64,000 nucleotides of DNA from an uncultured delta proteobacterium (GCA_963712235.1 CAVQHC010000009.1:9086-73085), one strand, 5' to 3'; positions 28,904 to 38,482 are shown, counted from the first letter of the stretch. Program-made: numbers and translations. The notes: a model not told the origin generated them from the letters alone.

Positions 28904-31529
28904 CGAGGATCTCCACCGTGCCCGCGTCACCATCGATTCGAACGATGTCGCCATCGGAAAGCGAGCGAGTGGCGTTCGCGACATTCACGACGGCGGGTAC
29001 CGCGTACTCTCTCAATATGATCGCCGCGTGAGAGAGCGGGCCGCCGAGCTCGGTGACGACACCCGAAGCGGCCAGGAACAACGGTGCCCATCCGGTGTCC
29101 GCGGCTGCCACCACCAGCACCTCACCGGGCTCGAAGTCGGCAGCCTGGCTGGCATCGCGGAGGATGCGCACCCTGCCCTCGGCGACCCCGCGGCTCGCAG
29201 CAAGGCCGCGGAGGCGCTTCGCCTTGGAAGCAGCGCCCAGTTCATCGGGTGGGAAGCCCACGAAGGTCGTAGGCGGGTCAGGCAGCGCGCGGTTCCGTTC
29301 GTACTCTAGGCGGCGTCGCTGGACGCGGATCGCGACACGCTCATTCTCGACGTATAGAACCCGCCGCACTTCCCCGAGTGTCAGAAAGAACACGGCGTCC
29401 GAGCCGGCCTCGGGCTCGCGCGCTTCGATTCGACGGGAGGCCTCGAGGGCGACTCGACGAAACATGCCGAGGACCTCTACGACGTGGCCTCGCAAATGCT
29501 CTCGAACCCGGGTGAAATGACGCACCAAGTCGAGAAGCTTTGCAACCGCAGGTCGAAGCGCGAAGGGAACGCTCTTCTTGAGCTTTTCCTCGGCCTCTTC
29601 CCGGACGGCCTGCAGGTCGCGCCCACGCTGGACCAGGTCGACCGTTCCTGCGAGATGCGAACGCATCGTCGCGAACATGAGTGTAGGATCTTCGGACCAG
29701 CGCGGCGCCGCGATTTCGGCTTCGCGAATGCCTCGGAAGCCGTAGTCTCGGAGGAAGCGAGTCAGTGCGTCCCGAGTGCGACCGCCGGGAAGGGCAGAGA
29801 CGGTGAGCTCGTTGAGGTCGGCTGTCCGGATGCGTTCGGCCAGCTCGGGCTCGTCGCGTGCAAGCTGGGCAATCTGCCAAAGCACGAACCCGGGACGCGC
29901 GCTGGCGACGTCTTGCAGGCCCGAAAGCAGCTCGCGGTAGACGCCGGAGGCCTGACTCCCCGCGAAGGCTCGCAGCAAGCCGTTGAGCAAAAGTACGGCG
30001 CTGAGCAAGTTCGCGTAGGCTGTCAACATGATCGAGCCCGTCTCGTCCAAGAGGTGTTCGACGTCGCCGAGCATTCGGTCGAGGCCGCTTGGCTCGAGAA
30101 GGCGAGGGTCGATGCCGTTGATTCGCATCCGCTCGTCCGAGAAATACATTTCAAAGTCCTCGATACGAGCCTTGAGGCGAAAGTTTTCGCGGGTGTATCG
30201 TGAAACGGTCTGAGGCAAGCGGAGGAAAAAGCCCGTCGAGCTCCGCTCGTCCACGACTTCATCGAGCTCGGAGGCGTATTGTCCGCCCCCAAGTCGAACC
30301 AAGGTGGCCGGATGGATCCATGGAACCTGAGAAAGGATCGCGCTGAATTCGGTCAGATTGAGGTAGATTCGCCCGCGGAAGTCGCCGACGAGCTCGGCGT
30401 CGCGCGGGACCGCACAGCCCATGGCGCCGAACGCACGGCGAAAACCGAGCTCGCTAAACTGGCTGAGCACAGACCAGGTAAACGGCGTGGCAACGCCGGG
30501 GAGCGCCTCTCCGACGTTTGCATTGCTCCAAACGATCTTGCGGCGATCGACGGGACGATCGCGTCGCGAGCTGCGTCGGGTTCGCATGCTTGGGACCACG
30601 ATCGGCCGCGCTTGCAGGACGTACAACTCGTGCTCGGCGAACGCCCACTCGACGTCGCGGGCATTTCCAAAATGGCGCTCGACGCGGGTGGCCAGATCGG
30701 TCAACTGCAAGAGCTGCTGCTCACTCAACGCCGGTGCTTCGCGCTCTGCGGGAGCGACGTCAACCTCGCGAACGCCTCCCGATCGATCGAGCAAGGTTTG
30801 CTGGGCCTTCTCGCCGATGATCCGATCGCGTAGCTGGCCGGTCGCCTTGTCGACTCGATAGGTGTCCGGCGTCACGCGTCCATCGACCACGGACGACCCG
30901 AGCCCATACGCGGCGCTGATCACGACCTCTCCGGCATCCCCTGTGAGCGGGTTGACCGTGAACAACACCCCCGAAACCTCTGATGGAACCATGGCTTGGA
31001 TCACCACGCCAACCGAGACTGGGATCTCCTCGCCGAGCGCGCGCAAGTACGAGAGCACCCGAGGGCGAAAAAGACTCGACCAGCAGGCCTTGATGGCATC
31101 GAGCACCTCGTCTTCGCGCATCAGGTTGAGCAGAGTCATGTGCATTCCCGCAGCCGACGCACCTTCCTGGTCTTCGTGCATTGCAGAAGAGCGCACGGCG
31201 AAGCTGATGGCGCCCTCATCCCGCATTGCGAGCAAGGCGTCCGTGACGCTTCGAACTACATCCTGCGGAAGCGTCGCATCCCGTACCCGCTCGGCGATCG
31301 CTTGCAGTCGCGCATCGGAGACGTGCGGTGTACGCAGAAGCGCCCGCGGACGATCCGCGATGTCGAGAACACTCGAAAAAAACGAATCACCAACCCAGCC
31401 AGGCATGGCGTACGCGGCAGGCACGGGGAAGCCCCCTCGCGCGAGCGCCGCGAGGCCACGGGCTTTGCCGCCAAAGCCGGAGGCCCTTCGCGGCACGACC
31501 GATTCAATTCGCTTCAAAACCCGTGGCAT
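28896..31529 (-). CDS. PEP-utilising enzyme with rifampin-phosphotransferase-like domain order
   Basis: N-terminal pyruvate phosphate dikinase-type ATP-grasp (GGKARGLA). The swivel phosphohistidine domain ([16 protein letters not shown]) sits at the extreme C-terminus. No PEP/pyruvate TIM barrel. Confidence 0.85.
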   Translation of the reverse strand: MPRVLKRIESVVPRRASGFGGKARGLAALARGGFPVPAAYAMPGWVGDSFFSSVLDIADRPRALLRTPHVSDARLQAIAERVRDATLPQDVVRSVTDALLAMRDEGAISFAVRSSAMHEDQEGASAAGMHMTLLNLMREDEVLDAIKACWSSLFRPRVLSYLRALGEEIPVSVGVVIQAMVPSEVSGVLFTVNPLTGDAGEVVISAAYGLGSSVVDGRVTPDTYRVDKATGQLRDRIIGEKAQQTLLDRSGGVREVDVAPAEREAPALSEQQLLQLTDLATRVERHFGNARDVEWAFAEHELYVLQARPIVVPSMRTRRSSRRDRPVDRRKIVWSNANVGEALPGVATPFTWSVLSQFSELGFRRAFGAMGCAVPRDAELVGDFRGRIYLNLTEFSAILSQVPWIHPATLVRLGGGQYASELDEVVDERSSTGFFLRLPQTVSRYTRENFRLKARIEDFEMYFSDERMRINGIDPRLLEPSGLDRMLGDVEHLLDETGSIMLTAYANLLSAVLLLNGLLRAFAGSQASGVYRELLSGLQDVASARPGFVLWQIAQLARDEPELAERIRTADLNELTVSALPGGRTRDALTRFLRDYGFRGIREAEIAAPRWSEDPTLMFATMRSHLAGTVDLVQRGRDLQAVREEAEEKLKKSVPFALRPAVAKLLDLVRHFTRVREHLRGHVVEVLGMFRRVALEASRRIEAREPEAGSDAVFFLTLGEVRRVLYVENERVAIRVQRRRLEYERNRALPDPPTTFVGFPPDELGAASKAKRLRGLAASRGVAEGRVRILRDASQAADFEPGEVLVVAAADTGWAPLFLAASGVVTELGGPLSHAAIILREYAVPAVVNVANATRSLSDGDIVRIDGDAGTVEILGA

Positions 31530-31624
31530 CGCAATCGGCGGGTTCTAGCGCACGCCCGGACCGAGGGCATGCTGGAGTCATGGACGCGGGGGGGGCCGGG
31601 CGCTATGAACGCGCCGTGTGGTGG

Positions 31625-33032
31625 ATGGACGACGATCATTTCCATGATCAATGCGGCGTGTTTGGCGTATTTGGGGCCGATGAGGCTTCAAATCTCGCCT
31701 ATCTCGGGCCTGCACTCGTTGCAACATCGAGGGCAAGAGGCCGCTGGCATCGTTTCGAGCAACGGCGAGCAGCTCTTCGTGCACCGCGGAATGGGCCTGG
31801 TGCAGGACGTGTTCACGGCCGATCAAATCGACAAGCTGCCTGGCAGCAGCGCCATCGGTCACGTCCGCTACACCACTGCCGGCGGCAGTCACATCAAGAA
31901 CGCGCAGCCGCTTGCAGTCGACTGCGGCCACGGCTCGATTGCGGTCGCCCACAACGGCAACCTGACCAACGGCTTGGCGCTTCGTCACCAGCTCGAAAAG
32001 GACGGCTCGATCTTCTCGTCGGACAGCGACACGGAGGTTCTCGTGCACCTCATCGCACGCTCGAGGGCTGAAACCATGATCGACCGCGTCGCCGACGCTT
32101 TGCATCAGGTCGAGGGCGCTTACTCCCTCGTCTTTCTCTCGCCCGACGAGCTCGTCGCGGTGCGCGACCCGTATGGGTTCCGTCCCTTGTGCCTCGGACA
32201 GCTCGACGACGCATACGTCATCGCTTCGGAGCCGCCCGCGTTTCAACTGATCGGCGCCAAGTTCATCCGTGACGTCGAGCCCGGTGAGATGGTGGTCATC
32301 AACGAGTCCGGCCTCCAAAGCCTACGGCCCTTCCGGACCAGCGCCGAGCGGAGGTACATGTGCATCTTCGAGTACGTCTATTTTGCGCGGCCCGACGCTT
32401 CCTTCGACGGGATCAGCGTATACGACGCCCGTAAGCGCATGGGGCGTGCGCTTTGGGAGGACCAGCCGGTCGAAGCCGACCTGGTCGTGCCCGTGCCAGA
32501 CAGCGGTGTCGCCGCGGCCCTCGGCTATGCGGAAGCCGCCGGTCTCCCCTTCGAGCTGGGCCTGATCCGAAGCCACTACGTCGGCCGCACCTTCATCGAG
32601 CCTGCCCAGTCGATTCGACACTTCGGCGTCCGCCTCAAGCTGCACCCGGTGCAGAGTCTGCTGAAAGGGAAACGGGTCGCCGTCATCGACGATTCGATCG
32701 TTCGCGGCACGACCAGCCGCAAGATCGTGAAGATGATTCGGGAAGCCGGCGCCACCGAAGTCCACCTTCGAATCAGCGCGCCGCCCACGATCTGGCCGTG
32801 CTTCTACGGCATCGACACCCCGACCCGTGAAGAGCTGATCGCCGCGCACAAAACGGTCGAAGAGGTCAACGAGTACGTCACCGCCGACAGCCTCGGCTAC
32901 CTTTCACTCGACGGCCTGAAGCGCGCAGTCGGCGGCGGGGGTTTCTGCAGCGCCTGCTTCAGCGGCCGCTATCCGGTTCCGGTGACAGACAACGTCGGAC
33001 TGCGACGTCAGTTGCCTCTGGTTGGCGTTTAG
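31625..33032 (+). pseudogene. purF: Amidophosphoribosyltransferase, frameshifted as sequenced (probable assembly indel)
   Basis: [28 protein letters not shown] lies in frame 2 up to 31708. [15 protein letters not shown]...PRTase domain lies in frame 3 from 31710 to the stop at 33032. Confidence 0.85.
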
Positions 33033-33056
33033 GCGCCGTCACATGCGCGGCAGCGG

Positions 33057-33910
33057 CTAGTGCCCTTCAAACCACCGAACAATGGCGGCATTCACCTCGC
33101 GGGGACGCTCCAGATGAAGGAAGTGGCCCGCGTCTGCGAGCTTCACCATTTCGAAGAGCGCGCTGAAGTGATTCTCCTGGCCCTCCGCGATCTCGGGACC
33201 GATGCAGCCGCGCGCTCGCCGTGCAGGTAGATCGTCGGAACGACGATGGGGTTCGCCCCCAGCATTCGACGTACCTCGAGGATGACCTTCGGCGAGCGCA
33301 GCGCCCGATAGTATTGGATGGGGGCCGGCATGCTCGAGCGTAGGCAGACCTTGAGCTCCTCAAAGTACTCGTCCCCGGGATCGTATTCCGGAGACCAGGC
33401 TTCCCAGAGGCGCTCGATGAAACGAAAATTTCGGAGCCTCACGATGCGATCGGACAGAACCGGCAGTTGAAAGAAACCCATATAGGCGCTTCGCCCGAGC
33501 TGACGCGGGTAGCGCTCGATGTTTGCTTCGATGGCCAACACATGAGGGACCGCGAGCATGGCCGCGGCGCGAAAACGTTCTGGCCGCAGCGACATTGCGC
33601 ATTGGGTGATGAACGACCCCCAATCATGACCGACGATTCGAATTGGCGCCGACGGCGAGAGCTCGTCCACGAAGCGCAGGACCGTCTGTGCAAGGGTAAC
33701 GGCGTCAAAGGGCCCCTGGAGCGAAGACGGTGCGTAGCCCGGTAGCCAGGGGCACACCACGCGATAGCCGGCGCCGGTGAGACGCTGCGTCAGTGGCGCC
33801 CAGGTTCGCGGAATGTCGGGAAAGCCATGCAGGCAGAGCACCAAGGGCGCGTCGTCCGCCCCCGAGGAGAGGTAGGAGAGCCCGGTCTGCTCGGAGCGAA
33901 GTCGTCGCAT
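33057..33910 (-). pseudogene. Alpha/beta hydrolase (epoxide hydrolase-like), frameshifted as sequenced
   Basis: LHGFPD and GHDWGS nucleophile elbow lie in the frame of track ORF 33143..33952. The catalytic-His tail DAGHFLHLERPREVN..WFEGH* lies in another frame ending at 33057. Confidence 0.75.
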
Positions 33911-33920
33911 GAGCGCAAGC

Positions 33921-34631
33921 TTAGGAGAAGAATCCCGCGAGCGCCTCCACAAGCCTGCCCGAGAACGACTCGTCGACGATTAGGTCTTGGCGCGCCTCGA
34001 TTTCGAGCGCGCACCGCCCGAATTCCTGGGCATGGCGCACCGGTGAGTAGGCGAGCCCGACTTTGCCGGACCATGGCTCGTTCGGTGCTACGTGGAAGCC
34101 GGCGTCTGCCAGGTGCTTTACGAGCCGGTAGGCCGGCTCTTCGTCGTCGTCGAACAGAACCCCAATCTCCAAGTGGCGTTTTTCGCCTTCGTAGTCGTCG
34201 GTGAAGGTGTGAATGGAAAACACCGTGTCGCATGCGCTGCGCTCGACGATCGAACTGACCGCGGCGTGATAGGGCTGGTAGAAACGCTCGATTCGACGGG
34301 CTCGCTCTGCCTCGAGGAGCGCTTCGTTTAAGTGAACCGTCCTGCCCTCGGCGCTCTCGCGGAACAAGGTATCCGAGTCGAGCGGCCTGTTTGGATCGAT
34401 CAGGAGCCGCGAGAAACGCGAAAGCACGGCTGGCGCATTCATGCGCGTGGCGACACGTCGCGTGAAGTCGGCAGCTCCGATATCGATCGCCCAATGCGTG
34501 TCGACGATCCAGCTGTCCTGCTGCGGCCAGGTCCATGGATCGGGAAGCGCCGCGGAAGCGTGCTCGCAGGTGAACACCAAGCGACCGTCGAGGTCGCCGT
34601 CGATGAGCTCCGCTGCTTCAGTCCAATCCAT
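33921..34631 (-). CDS. N-formylglutamate amidohydrolase family protein
   Basis: ATG at 34631 (MDWTEA). FTCEHAS and SIHTF motifs typical of the FGase family. Confidence 0.75.
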   Translation of the reverse strand: MDWTEAAELIDGDLDGRLVFTCEHASAALPDPWTWPQQDSWIVDTHWAIDIGAADFTRRVATRMNAPAVLSRFSRLLIDPNRPLDSDTLFRESAEGRTVHLNEALLEAERARRIERFYQPYHAAVSSIVERSACDTVFSIHTFTDDYEGEKRHLEIGVLFDDDEEPAYRLVKHLADAGFHVAPNEPWSGKVGLAYSPVRHAQEFGRCALEIEARQDLIVDESFSGRLVEALAGFFS

Positions 34632-34715
34632 CCGTCGAATTGTAAGCAAAGTCTCGAAAAGTCGAGCTCTTCGATGACACTGAACAATTGAGCGGTATAC
34701 TCGAAAACGAAGCCG

Positions 34716-35168
34716 ATGGGGGCGGTGGAGAGACAAAAACCCGTGCCGCACCCCGATGACAAACCGGACCTCCCCGGAAAGGCCAGACGCCGACCGAGCC
34801 ATTTCCGGAAAAAGCGCAAGGACACCACGACCAAAGTGGTGCGGGTGATCCGAAACCCCACGTCCGAACACCGTGGGGTCGCCGTCGTGGACCGAAGTCG
34901 CATTGTACCGAGGCCGCGGGTACGCCAAGAGCAGTGGAACGACGTGGTCAACCCAGCTCCCGCGCTTCCCGACCCGAGCCTGCACCGGCCGATCCCGCCG
35001 CCCGCGCCCCTGCCCTCAGAGGCCGCGACACCTGCGCCCAGCGTCCCAGGCTCGCTGTCCGAGCCGGCGCGGCGGAAGCGGCTGGAGGACATCGTTGGCA
35101 CCGTGGTCCTCGCACTCATGGTGGCCGCGATGCTGGTCGCCATGTGGTTGCGTATGACGGAATCCTAG
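34716..35168 (+). CDS. Hypothetical basic/Pro-rich protein with a C-terminal TM helix
   Basis: 150-aa ORF ending in IVGTVVLALMVAAMLVAMWL. No motif. Confidence 0.4.
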   Translation: MGAVERQKPVPHPDDKPDLPGKARRRPSHFRKKRKDTTTKVVRVIRNPTSEHRGVAVVDRSRIVPRPRVRQEQWNDVVNPAPALPDPSLHRPIPPPAPLPSEAATPAPSVPGSLSEPARRKRLEDIVGTVVLALMVAAMLVAMWLRMTES

Positions 35169-35205
35169 AAGGGACCTTCTCACGGGGTGGCAATGGCGCC
35201 GCAGC

Positions 35206-35417
35206 TACCGGGGCGCGGAAAAAGACGCGACACGGGGCTGCGTCGGACGGGGCGGCCTGCAAAGGTGGCCGGAAGGGCTGAGGGCCTGAGGCCACGCACG
35301 CCGCCCCTCGGAGCTCGCGCCAATCGGAGGCGGGTTGCTGTCTTGCCGATTGTCACTCACACGCCGACTCCGCCCCATATCGCGCCTTTTTCCGCGCCCC
35401 TCCATACGGAGACAGGA
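35206..35417 (-). repeat. Structured intergenic element, copy 1 (28-nt outer inverted repeat enclosing two hairpins)
   Basis: Arms at 35210-35237 and 35373-35400. Inner helices at 35249-35260/35296-35307 and 35265-35270/35290-35295. The inverse copy is at 58946-59154. Confidence 0.8.
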
Positions 35418-35438
35418 GAACAACCTTCCAACCGGCAG

Positions 35439-35881
35439 GCGGCAGCGCGAGCCCGAAGGGCGAAGCCCGGCGCCAAAGGCGCCGGCAAGGCAGAGCGAAG
35501 CGAATGCCGCGCCAGGGAGGATTACGGGTGGGGGTGGGCGGGGCGGTGTAAACAAGCCGTACCACGCACCCCCACCCAACACCCGCCTCCCCACCCACCC
35601 GCGGCAGCGCGAGCCCGCAGGGCGAAGCCCGGCGCGAAGCGCCGGCAAGGCGGAGCGCAGCGACTGCCGCGCCAGGGAGGATTACGGGTGGGGGTGGGCG
35701 GGGCGGTTCAATCAAACCTCACCACGCAACCCACCCAACCCCCCGCCCCCAAACACCCGCGGCAGCACAAGCCAAACGCCCCCCCCCCATCCACCCGCGG
35801 CAGCGCAAGCCCAAACGGCGAAGCCCGGCGCGAACGCGCCGCCAACCGCGAGCGCAGCGATGTGCGCGGCTGGGCGGGCGG
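35439..35881 (-). repeat. Array of three ~106-nt GC-rich REP-like units with C-rich spacers
   Basis: Units at 35439-35546 and 35601-35706, plus a degenerate unit at 35797-35881. The shared core is GCGGCAGCGCGAGCCC..GCGAAGCCCGGCGC..CCAGGGAGGATTACGGGTGGGGGTGGGCGGGGCGG. Confidence 0.85.
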
Positions 35882-35898
35882 TGTAACCAAAACCGCCC

Positions 35899-37611
35899 CT
35901 AAAATTCCGGCCGATCCTGATGCTGCCCAAACACCTCTCGAAACACGTCGCAGATCTCCTGCTCGGTGCAGTACACCTTTGCGGCTTCCACGATGCCCGG
36001 CATCACGTTGCGATCGGTGCGGCAGTCCTGTGCAATTGCGGCCAGTGCCTTGGAGACCGCCGCGTCGTCACGCTCGGCTTTGACCTTCGCCAAAGCCTCG
36101 ACCTGCTCTTTTTGAATTGATTCATCGACGCGAAGGGTTGGAATGTCCGGCTGTTCGTCCTGTTCGTATCGATTGACGCCAACGACCGTCTTCTCGCCGC
36201 GTTCGATTTGCTGCTGGAGGCGGTATGCCGAAGCGCCGATCTCGCGCTGCGGGTAGCCCTGCTCGACCGCCTCGACCATACCGCCCTGCTCGTCGATCTT
36301 GCGGATGTAGTCCAACGCCTCCTCCTCGAGGCGATTGGTCATCCACTCTACGTAATAGCTGCCAGCCAAGGGGTCGATCGTATTGGCGACGCCGGACTCT
36401 TCGGCGATGATTTGCTGAGTGCGGAGCGCCACGGTGACCGCTTCTTCGGTCGGAAGCGCGTAGGTCTCGTCGAGGCTGTTGGTGTGAAGTGACTGCGTCC
36501 CGCCCAGCACCGCAGCGAGGGCCTGAAGGGCTACGCGCGCCACGTTGTTGTAGGGTTGTTGGGCGGTGAGCGACACGCCGGCGGTCTGCGCATGCGTCCT
36601 GAGCATCAACGAGCGGGGATTCTTTGGACTGAACCGCTCTTTCATCAATCGAGCCCACATCCGGCGCGCGGCGCGGAACTTACCAATCTCCTCGAAGAAG
36701 TCGCTGTGGACGTCGAAGAAAAACGAAAGGCGTGGCGCGAATTCATCGACGTCGAGGCCGCGCTCGACGGCCCACTTCACGTACTCCAGACCATCGGCAA
36801 TCGTGAAGGCGAGCTCCTGGGCTGCGGTCGAACCGGCTTCTCGAATGTGATAGCCGCTGATGCTGACGCTGTTCCAGCGTGGCACCTCTTTCGCGCAGAA
36901 TTCGATCGAGTCGGTGACGATGCGCATCGCCGGACGTGGGGGAACGACCCAAGCATGCTGGGCGATGAACTCCTTTAGGCAATCGTTTTGGATTGTGCCG
37001 CCGATCTTATCTCGCGGGATTCCACGCTTATCGGCCAGCGCGACATAGAAACCCAGCAGAACGGCTGCGGGGCCGTTGATCGTCATCGACGTGGTGACCT
37101 GGTCGAGCGGAATCTCGTCAAAGAGGACTTCCATGTCGCGAAGCGTGTCGACCGCCACGCCGACCATGCCGACCTCGCCGAGCGAACGCGGCGAGTCGCT
37201 GTCGTATCCCATCAGGGTTGGGAAATCGAACGCGGTCGACAGCCCGGTCTGCCCCTGATCGAGCAGATACCGAAAACGCTCGTTGGTCTGCCGCGGCGTT
37301 CCAAAGCCCGCGAACATTCGCATCGTCCACAGGCGCCCTCGGTACATCGTGGGCTGAACGCCGCGCGTGTAGGGAAACTCACCGGGAAAGCCGAGATCAC
37401 GATCGTAGCCGTCGTCGAAGTCGGCCGGCGTCAGCAGGTCGGGGACCTCCAGATCGCTGTGCGTGACAAAGCGCTCCTTGCGCAGCGGCTGGCGGGCCAC
37501 AGCCGGCTCGACGGCCCGATCCCGCCACTGGGCAGCTCGTTCACGCACCCGCGCTTTTTTGTCATCGGACGGCATCTCAGCTGCCAGCTTTTTGGCGGGA
37601 TCCGCTTTCAT
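35899..37611 (-). CDS. Acyl-CoA (methylmalonyl/isobutyryl-CoA) mutase large catalytic subunit
   Basis: [22 protein letters not shown] and the TIM-barrel substrate domain. 570 aa with no C-terminal B12-binding domain. Confidence 0.9.
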   Translation of the reverse strand: MKADPAKKLAAEMPSDDKKARVRERAAQWRDRAVEPAVARQPLRKERFVTHSDLEVPDLLTPADFDDGYDRDLGFPGEFPYTRGVQPTMYRGRLWTMRMFAGFGTPRQTNERFRYLLDQGQTGLSTAFDFPTLMGYDSDSPRSLGEVGMVGVAVDTLRDMEVLFDEIPLDQVTTSMTINGPAAVLLGFYVALADKRGIPRDKIGGTIQNDCLKEFIAQHAWVVPPRPAMRIVTDSIEFCAKEVPRWNSVSISGYHIREAGSTAAQELAFTIADGLEYVKWAVERGLDVDEFAPRLSFFFDVHSDFFEEIGKFRAARRMWARLMKERFSPKNPRSLMLRTHAQTAGVSLTAQQPYNNVARVALQALAAVLGGTQSLHTNSLDETYALPTEEAVTVALRTQQIIAEESGVANTIDPLAGSYYVEWMTNRLEEEALDYIRKIDEQGGMVEAVEQGYPQREIGASAYRLQQQIERGEKTVVGVNRYEQDEQPDIPTLRVDESIQKEQVEALAKVKAERDDAAVSKALAAIAQDCRTDRNVMPGIVEAAKVYCTEQEICDVFREVFGQHQDRPEF

Positions 37612-37623
37612 CGCCGTCTCCTC

Positions 37624-38160
37624 TTAGTTCTCTACCGTGTCCTCGGCGCCAGGAAAAGGCAAGACCTCGCCCCGTACGACCTGCAGCATGCCCTCGACTT
37701 CGAGGGCAACTTCCAACTCGGGGCTCGTTTCGAGGAAACGTTCGAGATAGCGTTTCGCCGCCTGGTTCTCGCCTTTTTGGAAGTGCGCCGCGCCAACGAG
37801 GAACAAGCCGTCACCGTCGTCTTGCTGGATATGGAGCACGCGCTGACCCATTCGAATCGCGCGGTCGTATTCGCCCATCATCCGAAGCGTCTGCCCAGCG
37901 CCCAACATCGCACCGACGTAGTCCGGCGCGAGCTTCAACGCTTCCACGTAGCTCTTGAGCGCCTCTGGGTAAGCTTCCTTCTCGAAATAGGCGTGACCCA
38001 GGAAGTGAAATGCATATTCGTTTTTCGGATCGTCGCGCGCCACGCGCAGGAGCTCGTCGATCGCCAGGTCCGGTTCACCAGCGTGCAAGAGCTCCATCCC
38101 TTCTTCGGCAGCTTCCCAACGTTCGGCCTGGGCGTCGTCCACGGCTCTCTCCTCAGTCAC
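37624..38160 (-). CDS. TPR repeat protein
   Basis: TPR-like repeats (AFHFLGHAYFEKEAYPEALKSYVEALKLAPD). The GTG at 38160 overlaps the upstream stop; the longest ORF start is 38235. Confidence 0.6.
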   Translation of the reverse strand: MTEERAVDDAQAERWEAAEEGMELLHAGEPDLAIDELLRVARDDPKNEYAFHFLGHAYFEKEAYPEALKSYVEALKLAPDYVGAMLGAGQTLRMMGEYDRAIRMGQRVLHIQQDDGDGLFLVGAAHFQKGENQAAKRYLERFLETSPELEVALEVEGMLQVVRGEVLPFPGAEDTVEN

Positions 38161-38470
38161 GGTTGCCGTAGTCGATGGATCCTGCGCGCGTTCGGTCCCG
38201 CGGCCGTACACCCGAGGCCAAGGCGCCGAGCGCAATCACCAAGAACAACACGCCTCCGATGAGAAGCGTGATGCCCATCAGCTGTCGGTTGTCGAGCACC
38301 CAGTAGCAGATCGCGGCAATCGCCAAGGTCAGGACGGCAACGGCTGCAGAGACGCGTATCTGCAAACGACGACGTTGCTGCGCGCGCTCTTGGGCTTCGC
38401 GTTTGGCCTCTTTGGCCTCTTTGGCTCGCTCCTTGCGCGCCTGGCGCCGGTCGTTCTGCTTTTTCGCCAT
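38153..38470 (-). CDS. Small membrane protein with a Lys/Arg/Glu-rich N-terminus
   Basis: 105 aa with two hydrophobic helices after a charged coiled segment. Confidence 0.5.
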   Translation of the reverse strand: MAKKQNDRRQARKERAKEAKEAKREAQERAQQRRRLQIRVSAAVAVLTLAIAAICYWVLDNRQLMGITLLIGGVLFLVIALGALASGVRPRDRTRAGSIDYGNRD

Positions 38471-38482
38471 CGGCGAAGCATA

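Noticed and set aside
31647-33032. Calling purF from the in-frame ATG at 31647 ([11 protein letters not shown]...) as an intact gene
   Set aside because: That product would lack the N-terminal nucleophile Cys (CGVFG), which is encoded in another frame just upstream. The frame break is the better explanation.
35206-35417. Integron attC site or ordinary MITE
   Set aside because: There are no RYYYAAC/GTTRRRY core sites, no integrase, and no evident target-site duplication. The conserved sequence extends beyond the inverted repeat on one side only (TCCTGTCTCCGTATGGAG). A MITE origin cannot be fully excluded without genome-wide copies.
35439-35881. Whether the repeat arrays could be CRISPR arrays
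   Set aside because: The units are about 106 nt and degenerate. The spacers are themselves repeated C-rich sequence. There is no 25-40-nt invariant direct repeat and there are no cas genes.
35187-36083. A 298-aa plus-strand ORF (and 35335..35886, 35205..35648, 35353..35715) spanning the intergenic region after the mutase gene
   Set aside because: The peptide is the periodic translation of the REP-like units (AAARARRAKPGAK...EDYGWGWAGR repeated). It also runs antisense into the mutase 3' end. It is a repeat artefact in stop-poor GC-rich DNA.
36988-38262. Long ORFs antisense to real genes (36988..38262, 38375..39589, 43263..44429, 49396..50733, 50676..52277, 20522..21808, 190..759 and others)
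   Set aside because: These are shadow ORFs typical of high-GC DNA. Their peptides are Arg/Pro/Gly-rich, carry no motifs, and lie fully opposite genes with strong homology signatures.
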